Assembly: GCA_963747275.1 (NCBI GenBank)
Contig: CAVVEI010000012.1
Span: forward strand, 19,066-83,065
DNA: 64,000 nt
Reading direction: 5' to 3'
From: an uncultured Actinomycetes bacterium
GTDB lineage: Bacteria; Actinomycetota; Thermoleophilia; RBG-16-64-13
In this document: positions 9,601 through 18,677 of the stretch, piece after piece
Position numbering within the stretch: the first letter of the stretch is position 1
Layout of the letters: each line of letters starts with the position of its first letter
Notes under the pieces: generated by a model
Databases searched by the model: none
Told to the model about the DNA's origin: nothing
The model's input: only the letters and a program-made list of their open reading frames with translations
Position numbers and translations under genes: made by a program

Positions 9601-9811
9601 CCCGACCGAAACCCCCCGTGCCGCGGTCGTCTGCTTGGACGCCGAAGCCCGCGCGTGCACCTTCGACGAGGTCGAGCTGTCGTGGGACCTGCAGACTGCC
9701 TGCGCCGAAGCCAAGCGCTGTCTGCGCTGCGACTACGGCAAGATCCCCGCCGAGCCTGAGCTGGTGGGCGTCGCGGCAGCCGACTCTGATACACAAGGAG
9801 ACGTGGAGTAA
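6679..9811 (+). pseudogene. NuoF-like flavoprotein (HydB/beta type) fused to a GltD/NfnB-like FAD/NAD(P)H oxidoreductase module; one frameshift as assembled
   Basis: N-terminal Trx-like 2Fe-2S (MMCFGTACLSSG, ETGCNGFCAGGP). NuoF core: GRGGAGFPTGLKW, ILCNADEGDPGAF, ESCGKCVPCRVG, LCGLGQ. After ...YFRKEFEA the frame slips near 8261-8266. It continues HIRDHRCEAGVCSSMFVAKCTNACPA..ICGRVCFHPCESKCQRG..KIAIIGGGPAGLSCAYFL..VAVVGGGNSAIDAART..VFAGGD. Confidence 0.8.
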
Positions 9812-11583
9812 TGCCAAGCCTGACTGTAGATGGAATGAAGGTGGAAGTGCCTGAGAGCGCCAGCGTCCTGCAGGCCTGCCGCCAAGCCGGCGCCAAGGTG
9901 CCCACCCTGTGTCACCTGGAGGGCCATCCGGCCATCGGCGCCTGCCGCCTCTGCCTGGTGGAGTTGGAGGGCGCCCGCTCCCTGGTCGCCTCTTGCACCC
10001 AACCAGCCACCGACGGCATGGTGGTGCACACCAACACCCCGCGCGCGCGCCGCGCGCGCCACGCCGTGCTGGAGCTCATACTCTCCGAGCACGATGGTGA
10101 CTGCTACGCGTGCGTGCGCAGCGGTGACTGCGAACTGCGACAGTTGGCCCTCGACCTACATGTGGTCGAGATCAGCTATGAGGGCGAACGCACCCGCAAG
10201 ATGATCGACGAATCCACGCCCGCGCTGGTGCGCGACACCGGCAAGTGCGTCAGCTGCCGCCGTTGCGTGACCGCCTGCAACGAGATCCAGGGCGTGGGTG
10301 CCCTGTTCGCGCAGGGGCGCGGCTTCACCACAGTCATAGGCCCGGCCTTCGCCAGCAACTTGAGCGACGTGGTCTGCGTTCAATGCGGCCAATGCGCCGC
10401 CGTGTGCCCGGTGGGAGCCATCACCGAGAACAACGCCGTCGACCTGGCCTGGGCAGCCCTGGACGACCCCGCCAAGCATGTCATAGTGCAGACCGCGCCC
10501 GCCATCCGCGGCGCGCTGGGAGAGGAGTTCGGCTACGAGCCCGGTACCCTGGTCACCGGCAAGATGGTCTCGGCCTTGCGGCGTCTCGGGTTCGACGCCG
10601 TGTTCGACACCAACTTCACCGCCGACCTAACCATCATGGAAGAGGGCACCGAGCTGCTCACCCGCCTCAAGAAGGCTCTGGTGGACGGCGAGCAGGTGGC
10701 CCTGCCCATGTTCACCAGCTGCTCCCCGGGTTGGGTCAACTACATGGAGCACTTCAACCCCGACATGCTCCCTAACCTCTCCACCTGCAAGTCGCCCCAA
10801 CAGATGTTAGGCGCGCTGGCCAAGACCTACTACGCCGAGAAGCTGGGCAAGAAGCCTGAGGACATCGTGGTGGTCTCGGTGATGCCCTGCACCGCCAAGA
10901 AGTACGAGTGCGCCCGAGTGGAGATGGGCCGGGGCGGCGTAGCCGACGTCGACATGGTGCTCACCACCCGAGAGCTGGCGCGCATGATCAAGATGGCCGG
11001 CATAGACTTCCAGAACCTGCCCCCGCAGAAGATGGACCGCCCGCTGGGCATGTCCACCGGCGCGGCAGACATCTTTGCCGTCACCGGTGGAGTGATGGAG
11101 GCGGCGCTCCGCACCGCCTACGAGATAGTCACCGGCGAGGCCTTCCCCTTCGTCAACCTTCACGTGGCCCCCATCGAGGGGCTGCAGGGCGTCAAAGAAG
11201 CTTCGGTCAAGATCGAGAAGACCCTACCCGAGTGGAGCTTTCTCAAGGGCGCCACGCTCAACGTGGCCGTGGCCCACGGGTTGGGCAACGCCCAGAAGGT
11301 CATCGACCGCATAAAGAGCGGTGAGGCCACCTACCATTTCGTCGAAGTCATGACCTGCCCCGGCGGATGCATCGGTGGCGGCGGCCAGCCGCGCCTGACC
11401 TCCGACGCGGTGCGCGAGGCGCGCATACGAGCCATCTATGCCGAGGACGAGGGGCGCGAGCTACGCAAGTCGCACGAGAACCCCGACGTCAAAGCCTTGT
11501 ACGAGGAGTTCTTGGGTGAGCCTTTGGGGCACAAGTCTCACGAACTCTTGCACACCAAGTACGTGGAGAAAGACCGGGTCTAG
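9811..11583 (+). CDS. hydA: [FeFe]-hydrogenase catalytic subunit, multi-cluster (M3-type) HydA
   Basis: ATG overlaps the upstream TAA (TAATG), with SD AAGGAG. N-terminal 2Fe-2S (CHLEGHPAIGACRLC), His-ligated cluster region, CVSCRRCVTAC and CVQCGQCAAVCP. H-cluster motifs: L1 FTSCSPGW (non-canonical), L2 VMPCTAKKYE, L3 EVMTCPGGCIGGGGQP. C-terminal small-subunit-like tail. Confidence 0.9.
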   Translation: MPSLTVDGMKVEVPESASVLQACRQAGAKVPTLCHLEGHPAIGACRLCLVELEGARSLVASCTQPATDGMVVHTNTPRARRARHAVLELILSEHDGDCYACVRSGDCELRQLALDLHVVEISYEGERTRKMIDESTPALVRDTGKCVSCRRCVTACNEIQGVGALFAQGRGFTTVIGPAFASNLSDVVCVQCGQCAAVCPVGAITENNAVDLAWAALDDPAKHVIVQTAPAIRGALGEEFGYEPGTLVTGKMVSALRRLGFDAVFDTNFTADLTIMEEGTELLTRLKKALVDGEQVALPMFTSCSPGWVNYMEHFNPDMLPNLSTCKSPQQMLGALAKTYYAEKLGKKPEDIVVVSVMPCTAKKYECARVEMGRGGVADVDMVLTTRELARMIKMAGIDFQNLPPQKMDRPLGMSTGAADIFAVTGGVMEAALRTAYEIVTGEAFPFVNLHVAPIEGLQGVKEASVKIEKTLPEWSFLKGATLNVAVAHGLGNAQKVIDRIKSGEATYHFVEVMTCPGGCIGGGGQPRLTSDAVREARIRAIYAEDEGRELRKSHENPDVKALYEEFLGEPLGHKSHELLHTKYVEKDRV

Positions 11584-11634
11584 TATTGTGAGAAGACCTA
11601 GGCGTAAACCGGGCACACCGACAGTGGGGGCGTC

Positions 11635-12126
11635 ATGACCGACGACATGTCCGCGCTGATCCTGATAGTCGACGACGACTACGACTTTCTGGAGCTCAAC
11701 CGTATGGTGCTCGAGCGGGCAGGCTATCGCGTCACTACGGCAGCCGAACCCAAGCAGGCCCTCCTGCTCATGCAGCAGGAGCGGCCCGACCTGGTGATCA
11801 CCGACCTCATGATGACCACCCTTGATTCGGGCTTCTTGTTCGCGCGCGCCATCAAGGAGGACGAGCGCTACGCCGGAATACCCGTGATCATAGCCACCTC
11901 GGTCTCCAGCGCGCTCGGCCTGGACTTCAGACCCCGCACCGACGAAGACCGCGCCAACATGTTCGTGGACGCTTACTTTGACAAGCCGCTGGACCGGGCG
12001 CGGCTGCTGGCCACGGTCGCGGAGTTGCTCACGGCCTCGGGGCGCGCGGCCGCGCCGGGCAGCTCCGAAGCCGCCGCGCCGCGCGAAGCGCCGGCCGGCC
12101 CCGGCCGAGAGGCGCCGGAGGACTGA
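11635..12126 (+). CDS. stand-alone response-regulator receiver domain (no output domain)
   Basis: LILIVDDDYD, phospho-acceptor context DLVITDLMM, IIATSVSS, YFDKP. Ala/Pro-rich tail. The stop overlaps the start of the sensor kinase. Confidence 0.85.
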   Translation: MTDDMSALILIVDDDYDFLELNRMVLERAGYRVTTAAEPKQALLLMQQERPDLVITDLMMTTLDSGFLFARAIKEDERYAGIPVIIATSVSSALGLDFRPRTDEDRANMFVDAYFDKPLDRARLLATVAELLTASGRAAAPGSSEAAAPREAPAGPGREAPED

Positions 12127-14147
12127 TGCCCACCTGGGACAACCCCCTCATCACCATAGTCACCGACAAATGCCGCATGTGCTACGCCTGCGTGCGTGAG
12201 TGCCCGGCCAAGGCGATACAGGTGCAAGACGGGCAGGCCCAGGTAGTACAACCCCGCTGCATAGGCTGCGGCAACTGTCTGCGAGTGTGCACCCAGAACG
12301 CCAAACAGGTGCGCGACGACTCCGAGCGCATGTTCAACATCCTGGAGTCGGGCGCCAAGGTGGCCGCGCTGGTGGCACCCAGCTTTCCGGCTGAGTTCGA
12401 CGACGTCCGCCCAGGCACCCTGGTGGCCATGATCCGGTCGCTGGGGTTCGATTCGGTGCACGAGATATCGCTGGGCGCCGACCTGGTGGCTCAGGCCTAC
12501 AAGAAGCTTCTGGACGAGGACCCCGACGGCCGTTACATCGCCACTCCCTGCCCGGCGGTGGTCTCTTACGTGCGCAAGTATCATCCGCGACTGATCCCTA
12601 ACCTCGCCCCGCTGGTGTCGCCCATGGTCGCCATGGCGCGCGTGTTGCGGAGCGAGGTGGGCGAAGACCTGCAGGTGGTCTTCATAGGCCCCTGCGTGGC
12701 CAAGAAGCGGGCGTCTGTGGACTTCATCCATCACGAGTTCGAGGCGGTCCTCACCTTCGCCGAGCTGCGCGAGGTCTTCGCCGCCCGCGGCATGAAGCCT
12801 GAGGACTTTGCCGGTGACGACGACTTCGACCCTCCGTACGGTGGGCTCGGCATGGTCTTTCCGATCTCCGGAGGCCTGCTGCAGGCCGCCGACCTGAAGC
12901 AGGACCACCTCAGCGGTGATCTGGTCATCGCCGAAGGCAGAGACGAGTTCGTCTCCTCCATAAACGAGTTCGACGACGTGCGCACCGGCATCAGGCTGCT
13001 TGACGTGCTCGCCTGCCAAGGCTGCTATGCGGGGGCAGGTATGACCAGCGACGCGTCCCTGTTACAGCGCCGAGCGCTGGTCAGCGGCTACGCCAAGGAT
13101 AGGCTGGCAGACTACAGCGAAGCCGAGCTGGCCGAGGTGAACGGGGCGAGAGACAAGTACCGCAATATCGACATGTCGCGCGAGCACGAGCCAGACGAGC
13201 AGACGCTGGGGGGCGAGCCCACGCCCGAAGAACTGGACGAGATCTTGCAGCGCATGGGCAAGTCCAGACGCGAACACCTGCTCAACTGCGGCGCCTGCGG
13301 CTATGAGGGCTGTTTAGAGCATGCCCGCGCGGTCTATGCCGGACTTGCCGACTCAGAGATGTGTCTGCCACACTCCATCGAGCAGCTCCGCCAGGCCTAC
13401 GGCGAACTCGCAATCTCGCACCGCTCGCTCGAAGAGGCCAAAGAAGCCCTCGAGCGCTCGGGCAAACTGGCCAGCATGGGCCAACTGGCGGCCGGCATAG
13501 CCCACGAGGTCAACAACCCGCTGGGCACGCTGCTCTTACACGCCAACCTGCTGCTGGAGGAGTGCGACGAAAGCTCCGCCGACAAAGAAGACCTGGCGAC
13601 CATCGTCGACCAGGCCAACCGCTGCAAACGCATAATCTCCGGCCTGCTCAACTTCTCCCGCCAGAGCCGGGTACTCCGCCAACCCACCGACGTAGCCGAG
13701 CTGGTGGAGCGTACCATCCGCACCACCCCCTTCGCCGACAACGTCAAGGTCGTACTCGACAACAAGCTCGCCGACCCAGTCGCCGACCTCGACCCCGACC
13801 AGATGGTGCAGGTGTTCACCAACCTCTTCACCAACGCTCAGCAGGCCATGCCCGACGGGGGCACGCTTGCCATAGACTTGAGCGACGACCCCGCCACGGT
13901 CACCATCAAGGTCACCGATACCGGCGTGGGCATAGCGCCCGAACACATGCCCAACCTGTTCGACCCGTTCTTCAGCACCAAACCGCTGGGCATGGGCACC
14001 GGGTTGGGTCTCGCCGTGACCCACGGCATCGTCAAGATGCACAAGGGACACATAGTCGCTGAGTCCAACCACGACCCCGCTGCCGGCCCCACCTGGACCG
14101 CCCTCACCGTGACACTGCCGCGGCGCGAAGAGAAGGAGGGCGTCTAG
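12126..14147 (+). CDS. sensory [FeFe]-hydrogenase-like domain fused to histidine kinase (HydS-type sensor::HisKA-HATPase)
   Basis: CRMCYACVRECP and CIGCGNCLRVC. H-domain-like core: ATPCPAVVSYVRKYHP (degenerate L1), FIGPCVAKKRA (L2), LDVLACQGCYAG (L3). C-terminal Cys motif NCGACGYEGCLEHA..MCLP. Then SMGQLAAGIAHEVNNPL (H-box) and N/G1/G2 boxes (FTNAQQAM, DTGVGI, GTGLGLAV). Confidence 0.85.
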   Translation: MPTWDNPLITIVTDKCRMCYACVRECPAKAIQVQDGQAQVVQPRCIGCGNCLRVCTQNAKQVRDDSERMFNILESGAKVAALVAPSFPAEFDDVRPGTLVAMIRSLGFDSVHEISLGADLVAQAYKKLLDEDPDGRYIATPCPAVVSYVRKYHPRLIPNLAPLVSPMVAMARVLRSEVGEDLQVVFIGPCVAKKRASVDFIHHEFEAVLTFAELREVFAARGMKPEDFAGDDDFDPPYGGLGMVFPISGGLLQAADLKQDHLSGDLVIAEGRDEFVSSINEFDDVRTGIRLLDVLACQGCYAGAGMTSDASLLQRRALVSGYAKDRLADYSEAELAEVNGARDKYRNIDMSREHEPDEQTLGGEPTPEELDEILQRMGKSRREHLLNCGACGYEGCLEHARAVYAGLADSEMCLPHSIEQLRQAYGELAISHRSLEEAKEALERSGKLASMGQLAAGIAHEVNNPLGTLLLHANLLLEECDESSADKEDLATIVDQANRCKRIISGLLNFSRQSRVLRQPTDVAELVERTIRTTPFADNVKVVLDNKLADPVADLDPDQMVQVFTNLFTNAQQAMPDGGTLAIDLSDDPATVTIKVTDTGVGIAPEHMPNLFDPFFSTKPLGMGTGLGLAVTHGIVKMHKGHIVAESNHDPAAGPTWTALTVTLPRREEKEGV

Positions 14148-15305
14148 ATGCCCGGCCCTGCCCAAGTGCTACACGTGGCCATGGTGGACGACGAGGTCCC
14201 TCTCAGCTCGGCCGTCAAGCGCATCCTGGCCAAGTACAAGGCGCATGTCGATGCCGTCGACATCGACGTCACCTACACCTCGACGCAATTCGGCACCGCC
14301 GAAGACTTCCTGGCTAGCCTCAGCGAAGGCGCCGAGTTCGACCTGCTGCTGCTGGACCTCAAGCTGCCCGGCATGAACGGCCTGGACGTCCTCACCGAGT
14401 TGGGCAAAGGGGACCGCGAGCTTGTCACCGTGATGATCACCGCCTACGCCACCTTTGAGACGGCCGTGCAGGCCACCAAGCTGGGCGCCTTCGACTTCTT
14501 GCCCAAGCCCTTCTCGCCCGAGGAGCTCCGCTACTCGCTGCGCAAGGCCACCAATCAGCTCATAATCAGTCGCGAAGCGCGTCGCTTGGCCGAAGAGGAG
14601 CGGCAGGTGCGCTTCAACTTCATCTCCGTCTTGTCTCACGAACTCAAGGCGCCGCTCAACGCCATCGAGGGCTATCTCAAGCTACTGCAGGAGGACGAGC
14701 CGCCCGAACGCCTGCAGATGATCGACCGTAGCCTCATCCGCCTGGACGGCATGCGCAAGCTCATCTTCGACCTCCTGGACCTCACCCGCATAGAGTCGGG
14801 ACAGAAGGCGCGCCAGTTCGCCCCGGTGGACGTAGCCGCCGTCGCCCGCAAGACCATAGACCTGTTCGCCACCGAGGCCGCCGACCGCGACATCACCATC
14901 TTGCTCGACACGCCCCAGCCGGTCACCATGACGGCCGACGCCGGCGAGCTTGAGATCGTGTTCAACAACCTGGTCTCTAACGCGGTGAAGTACAACCGCG
15001 ACGGCGGCACCGTGACGGTCTCCCTTGACCGTCAAGAGGACACCGCACGCATCCAGGTGACCGACACCGGCATAGGCATGACCCCCGAGGAGAGTGCCAA
15101 GCTCTTCAACGAGTTCGTCCGCATAAAGAACGAAGATACGTTCAAGATCTTGGGGAGTGGCTTGGGCCTTTCGACCGTACGCAAGCTGGCTCATCTCTAC
15201 GGGGGCGAGGCCTCGGTCAAGAGCGAAAAGGGCGTGGGTAGCACCTTCACGGTGACGCTCAAGGACGCCGTGCAGCCCTCCGCGGAGACCGCAACTACGG
15301 CCTAG
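14148..15305 (+). CDS. hybrid histidine kinase (N-terminal receiver + HisKA + HATPase)
   Basis: SD AAGGAGGG. REC: VAMVDDE, LLLLDLKLPGMNG, MITAY, FLPKP. H-box FISVLSHELKAPLN. ATPase: NLVSNAVKYN, DTGIGM, GSGLGLS. Confidence 0.85.
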   Translation: MPGPAQVLHVAMVDDEVPLSSAVKRILAKYKAHVDAVDIDVTYTSTQFGTAEDFLASLSEGAEFDLLLLDLKLPGMNGLDVLTELGKGDRELVTVMITAYATFETAVQATKLGAFDFLPKPFSPEELRYSLRKATNQLIISREARRLAEEERQVRFNFISVLSHELKAPLNAIEGYLKLLQEDEPPERLQMIDRSLIRLDGMRKLIFDLLDLTRIESGQKARQFAPVDVAAVARKTIDLFATEAADRDITILLDTPQPVTMTADAGELEIVFNNLVSNAVKYNRDGGTVTVSLDRQEDTARIQVTDTGIGMTPEESAKLFNEFVRIKNEDTFKILGSGLGLSTVRKLAHLYGGEASVKSEKGVGSTFTVTLKDAVQPSAETATTA

Positions 15306-15330
15306 CCCGAGGAATGCCCGTCCGGCTTCT

Positions 15331-17196
15331 TCACTGCCCCTCGGCTGCCGGGCGGAACTGGGTCTCGTAGAGCTCGGCGTACGGACCACCAGCCTCTACC
15401 AACTCTTCGTGCGTGCCGCGCTCGACTACGCGTCCGTCGTCGATCACCAAGATCTGATCGGCGTCGCGCACCGTCGAGAGGCGGTGGGCTATCACCAACG
15501 AAGTCCGGCCTTCGAGGGCGGTCTTGAGGGCGGTCTGCAGCGCGACCTCTGACTCTGAGTCCAGGTGCGCGGTGGCTTCATCGAGTACGACCACATCCGG
15601 TGCCTTCAGCAGCAATCGAGCTATGGCCATGCGCTGTTTCTCCCCGCCAGACAGCCTGTATCCGCGATCGCCCACCACCGTGTCCAGACCATCGGCCAGG
15701 TCATCGACGAACGACAGTATCTGTGCGGCCGCGAGTGCCTCCCGCATCTCGGCCTCAGTGGCGCCGGGCTTCGCGTAGAGCAGGTTGTGGCGGATGCTTT
15801 CGTGGAACATGTGGGCATCCTGCGTGACCACCCCCACTATGGCCCGCAGCGAGTCGAGGGTGGCGTCGCGCACATCCACGCCAGATATCTCCACCGAGCC
15901 TTTGTCGACGTCATAGAGGCGCGGCACCAACTGGCTGATGGTCGTCTTGCCCGCCCCCGACGGACCGACCAAAGCCACCAGCTGCCCTGGTTCGGCTCTG
16001 AACGATATGTCTGAGAGCACCTCCTTGGGGATGCTCGCCTGGTTCGAAACCGCGACCGCCCCGAGCGAGGCCAGCGACACCTGCTCGGCAGTGGGGTAAG
16101 TGAACGCCACATGCCGGAACTCTACGGACGCGGGACCGCGGGGGATGGGAGCGGCAGAGGGCTTCTCGGTCACCATGGGCTCGATGTCCAACACCTCGAA
16201 CACCCGTTCGAACGAGACCAGGGCCATCATGATGTCTACGTGCATGTTGGAAAGAGCCGTAAGGGGACCGTACAGGCGACCCAGGTAGGCCGCAAGCGCC
16301 ACCAGAGTGCCCACGTCGAGTGCCCCACGTATGGTGAGCACACCGCCCCAACCATAGACCAGCGCCGTGGCCAAGGCCGCGGTGAGCGACAGGGCGACGA
16401 ACAGCACGCGCGTGGATACAGCTTGGATCACCCCTATCTCGCGTACCCGGCCCGCTCTGCCGGAGAAAGCCGTGTCTTCGTCGACCGGACGCCCGAACAG
16501 CTTGACCAGAAGCGCCCCCGCCACGTTGAAGCGCTCTACCATCATGTTGTTCATCTCGGCGTTCAGCTTGTACTCCTCGCGCACGATCTTCTGCAGACGC
16601 CGACCCAGCCAGCGCGCCGGAAACAGGAAGAGGGGCAACAGCGCCAGGGAGAGCAGCGTGATCTGCCAAGACAGCACGAACATGGCCGCCAGAACCAAGG
16701 TCACGCCGATGAGGTTGCCGATGACCGTCGAGAGGACCTCGGTGAAGGCCTGCTTGGCTCCCCTCACATCGACATTGAGGCGGCTGACCAAGGCCCCTGT
16801 TTGTGTGCGGGTGAAGAAGGCCAGCGGCATACGTTGCACGTGCGAGAAGATGCGGGTGCGCAGATCACAGACCAGACTCTCCCCCACGCGGGCCGAAACG
16901 TAGCGCTCGGCCAACGACACGGCTGCGTCGATTATGGCAAGCCCGGCCACGACCAAGGCCAAGACCACCACCAACCCGGTCCGGCGGTCGATTATGCCGC
17001 GGTTGATGATCTCCCTGTATATGAGAGGGTTGGCAGCCCCGATGGCGCCGCTGACGACCACCAGCACCACGAAGGTCGACAACAGGCCCTTGTACTGCGA
17101 CGCGAACCCAAGGATCCGGCGCACGGTCCCCTTGGCCAGCTTGCGACCGGCTACGTCTTCCCTCATAGACCGCACTACCTGCGCATGGGGTCTCAA
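15331..17196 (-). CDS. ABC exporter, fused permease/ATPase (MsbA/ABCB-like)
   Basis: Six-TM N-terminal half, then Walker A GPSGAGKTT, signature LSGGEKQR, Walker B VVVLDEATAHLD and H-loop IAHRLST. Confidence 0.85.
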   Translation of the reverse strand: MRPHAQVVRSMREDVAGRKLAKGTVRRILGFASQYKGLLSTFVVLVVVSGAIGAANPLIYREIINRGIIDRRTGLVVVLALVVAGLAIIDAAVSLAERYVSARVGESLVCDLRTRIFSHVQRMPLAFFTRTQTGALVSRLNVDVRGAKQAFTEVLSTVIGNLIGVTLVLAAMFVLSWQITLLSLALLPLFLFPARWLGRRLQKIVREEYKLNAEMNNMMVERFNVAGALLVKLFGRPVDEDTAFSGRAGRVREIGVIQAVSTRVLFVALSLTAALATALVYGWGGVLTIRGALDVGTLVALAAYLGRLYGPLTALSNMHVDIMMALVSFERVFEVLDIEPMVTEKPSAAPIPRGPASVEFRHVAFTYPTAEQVSLASLGAVAVSNQASIPKEVLSDISFRAEPGQLVALVGPSGAGKTTISQLVPRLYDVDKGSVEISGVDVRDATLDSLRAIVGVVTQDAHMFHESIRHNLLYAKPGATEAEMREALAAAQILSFVDDLADGLDTVVGDRGYRLSGGEKQRMAIARLLLKAPDVVVLDEATAHLDSESEVALQTALKTALEGRTSLVIAHRLSTVRDADQILVIDDGRVVERGTHEELVEAGGPYAELYETQFRPAAEGQ

Positions 17197-17401
17197 AATG
17201 TGTCCTTCTCTTCTCTGTTCATAACGCGGACCTTCTGTGCGCTTACGATATATCGTATTAGATTGTACCGCACGGTGTCGCGGCCGCCAAGACGCCCGGG
17301 GCAGTCAGCTCTCCTGCCCTTGATCGCTATCCACCCAAAGATTGATATCTACCCAGCGCTCCCCACGTGACAATGCGTACGAAGACCGGCCCGGAGGTAT
17401 A

Positions 17402-17704
17402 ATGAGCTCACCTAACGCACTACATGCAGTCGAGGTGCCCGCTATGCCCAGCATCGGTCTTCGCCATCTGAAAACCCATGCGTCCGAGATTCTGCGCGAC
17501 GTCGAAGAGAACGAGGCGAGGTACGTGGTCACCAGCAGAAACAAGCCTTTGGCCATCATCATCCCCTATTCCTCCCGCGAGGTGACGAAGCCCCTGAGCA
17601 AGGACGAGGCGTGGGAAACGTTCTTCGCAGCAGGGGAGCAGGTGAGGCAGGCGTGGCAGAGCCCCCTCACAGCCGTAGAGATCCTGCGCGATATGAGGCG
17701 GTAG
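17402..17704 (+). CDS. Phd/YefM-family antitoxin
   Basis: ATG 17402 with SD GGAGG. The pattern IGLRHLKTHASEILRDVEENEARYVVTSRNKPLAIIIP is typical of Phd/YefM. It ends 3 nt upstream of a PIN toxin gene. Confidence 0.7.
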   Translation: MSSPNALHAVEVPAMPSIGLRHLKTHASEILRDVEENEARYVVTSRNKPLAIIIPYSSREVTKPLSKDEAWETFFAAGEQVRQAWQSPLTAVEILRDMRR

Positions 17705-17707
17705 ACC

Positions 17708-18142
17708 ATGCTCGGCCGCGTCACGCTTGACGCGAGCGTAGCGGTTAGTGCCTTCAGTCCGACCGAGGCCAGCTCTGAGGACTGCTGTCGTCTCTTGGAG
17801 TTGTTGCGGCGCAACCAGACTGTGATCGTCGTACCCACCCTGATACGCCCCGAGTTAGCGGCAGCCATCCGCAGATCTACCGGAGACGCAAGCAAGGCCG
17901 AGGCTCTTGAGGAGGCCTTCGCCAAACTGCCCGGCGTGATCTTCCAGGACCTAGACGAGCGGATGGCAGCCGCAGCCGTCGAGATAGCCGCGGCTGCCGG
18001 GTTGAGAGGCGCCGATGCCGTGTACGCGGCCACCGCGCGCCACTTTGACGCGACACTAGTCACCCTCGATGAAGAGCAGAGAACGAGACTCCCTGCTGAC
18101 ATTGCCACCCTCTACCCTTCTGAGGTCCTAGAGGCCATGTAG
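17708..18142 (+). CDS. vapC: PIN-domain toxin VapC
   Basis: LDASVAV (first acidic residue), RPELAAAI, GADAVYAATA and LVTLDEE match the PIN acidic quartet layout. Paired with the upstream antitoxin. Confidence 0.7.
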   Translation: MLGRVTLDASVAVSAFSPTEASSEDCCRLLELLRRNQTVIVVPTLIRPELAAAIRRSTGDASKAEALEEAFAKLPGVIFQDLDERMAAAAVEIAAAAGLRGADAVYAATARHFDATLVTLDEEQRTRLPADIATLYPSEVLEAM

Positions 18143-18290
18143 CCGCGAATGGTGTTCGGGGCGGGACCTCTTGTACGCCCCACCCCCGGCCTCCACCTGA
18201 GATACTATTCGAATTGTCCGGTGGCCTCGCCCCGCACGAACGCGCGGGTCCGCCCCGGGATGAGCGCTGTTCTACCGAGGGAGTGCCACA

Positions 18291-18677
18291 GTGGTAAAGA
18301 TCCTTATCGTCGATGATGACCCGGACATGGTAGAAGCCAGCCGAATAGTCCTCGAGAGAGACGGCTACTCGGTGGAACACGCCTCCAACGTCGAAGAGGG
18401 CCTGCAGAAGCTCGCAGAGGCCAAGCCCGACCTGCTGATCCTGGACGTGATGATGGAAGAGCCCGACGACGGCCTGCGCTTCGCCAGGCAGGCGAGGCGT
18501 TTGGGCAACGATCTGCCGATACTCATGCTCACCAGCGTCAACCGCGCCCTTGGCATCCAGATAGGCAAAGACGAAGAGATGGTCCCGGTGGACGAGTTCG
18601 TGGAGAAGCCGGTCGACCCCGCCACCCTCTCAGCCAAAGTCAAGGAGTTGCTCGCCATGAGAGGAGCTGCCTCATGA
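18291..18677 (+). CDS. stand-alone response-regulator receiver domain, first gene of second hydrogenase operon
   Basis: GTG start after GAGGGAG. KILIVDDDPD, DLLILDVMM, LMLTSVNRALG, FVEKP. Paralogous to the receiver at 11635. The stop overlaps the next ATG (ATGA). Confidence 0.85.
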   Translation: MVKILIVDDDPDMVEASRIVLERDGYSVEHASNVEEGLQKLAEAKPDLLILDVMMEEPDDGLRFARQARRLGNDLPILMLTSVNRALGIQIGKDEEMVPVDEFVEKPVDPATLSAKVKELLAMRGAAS

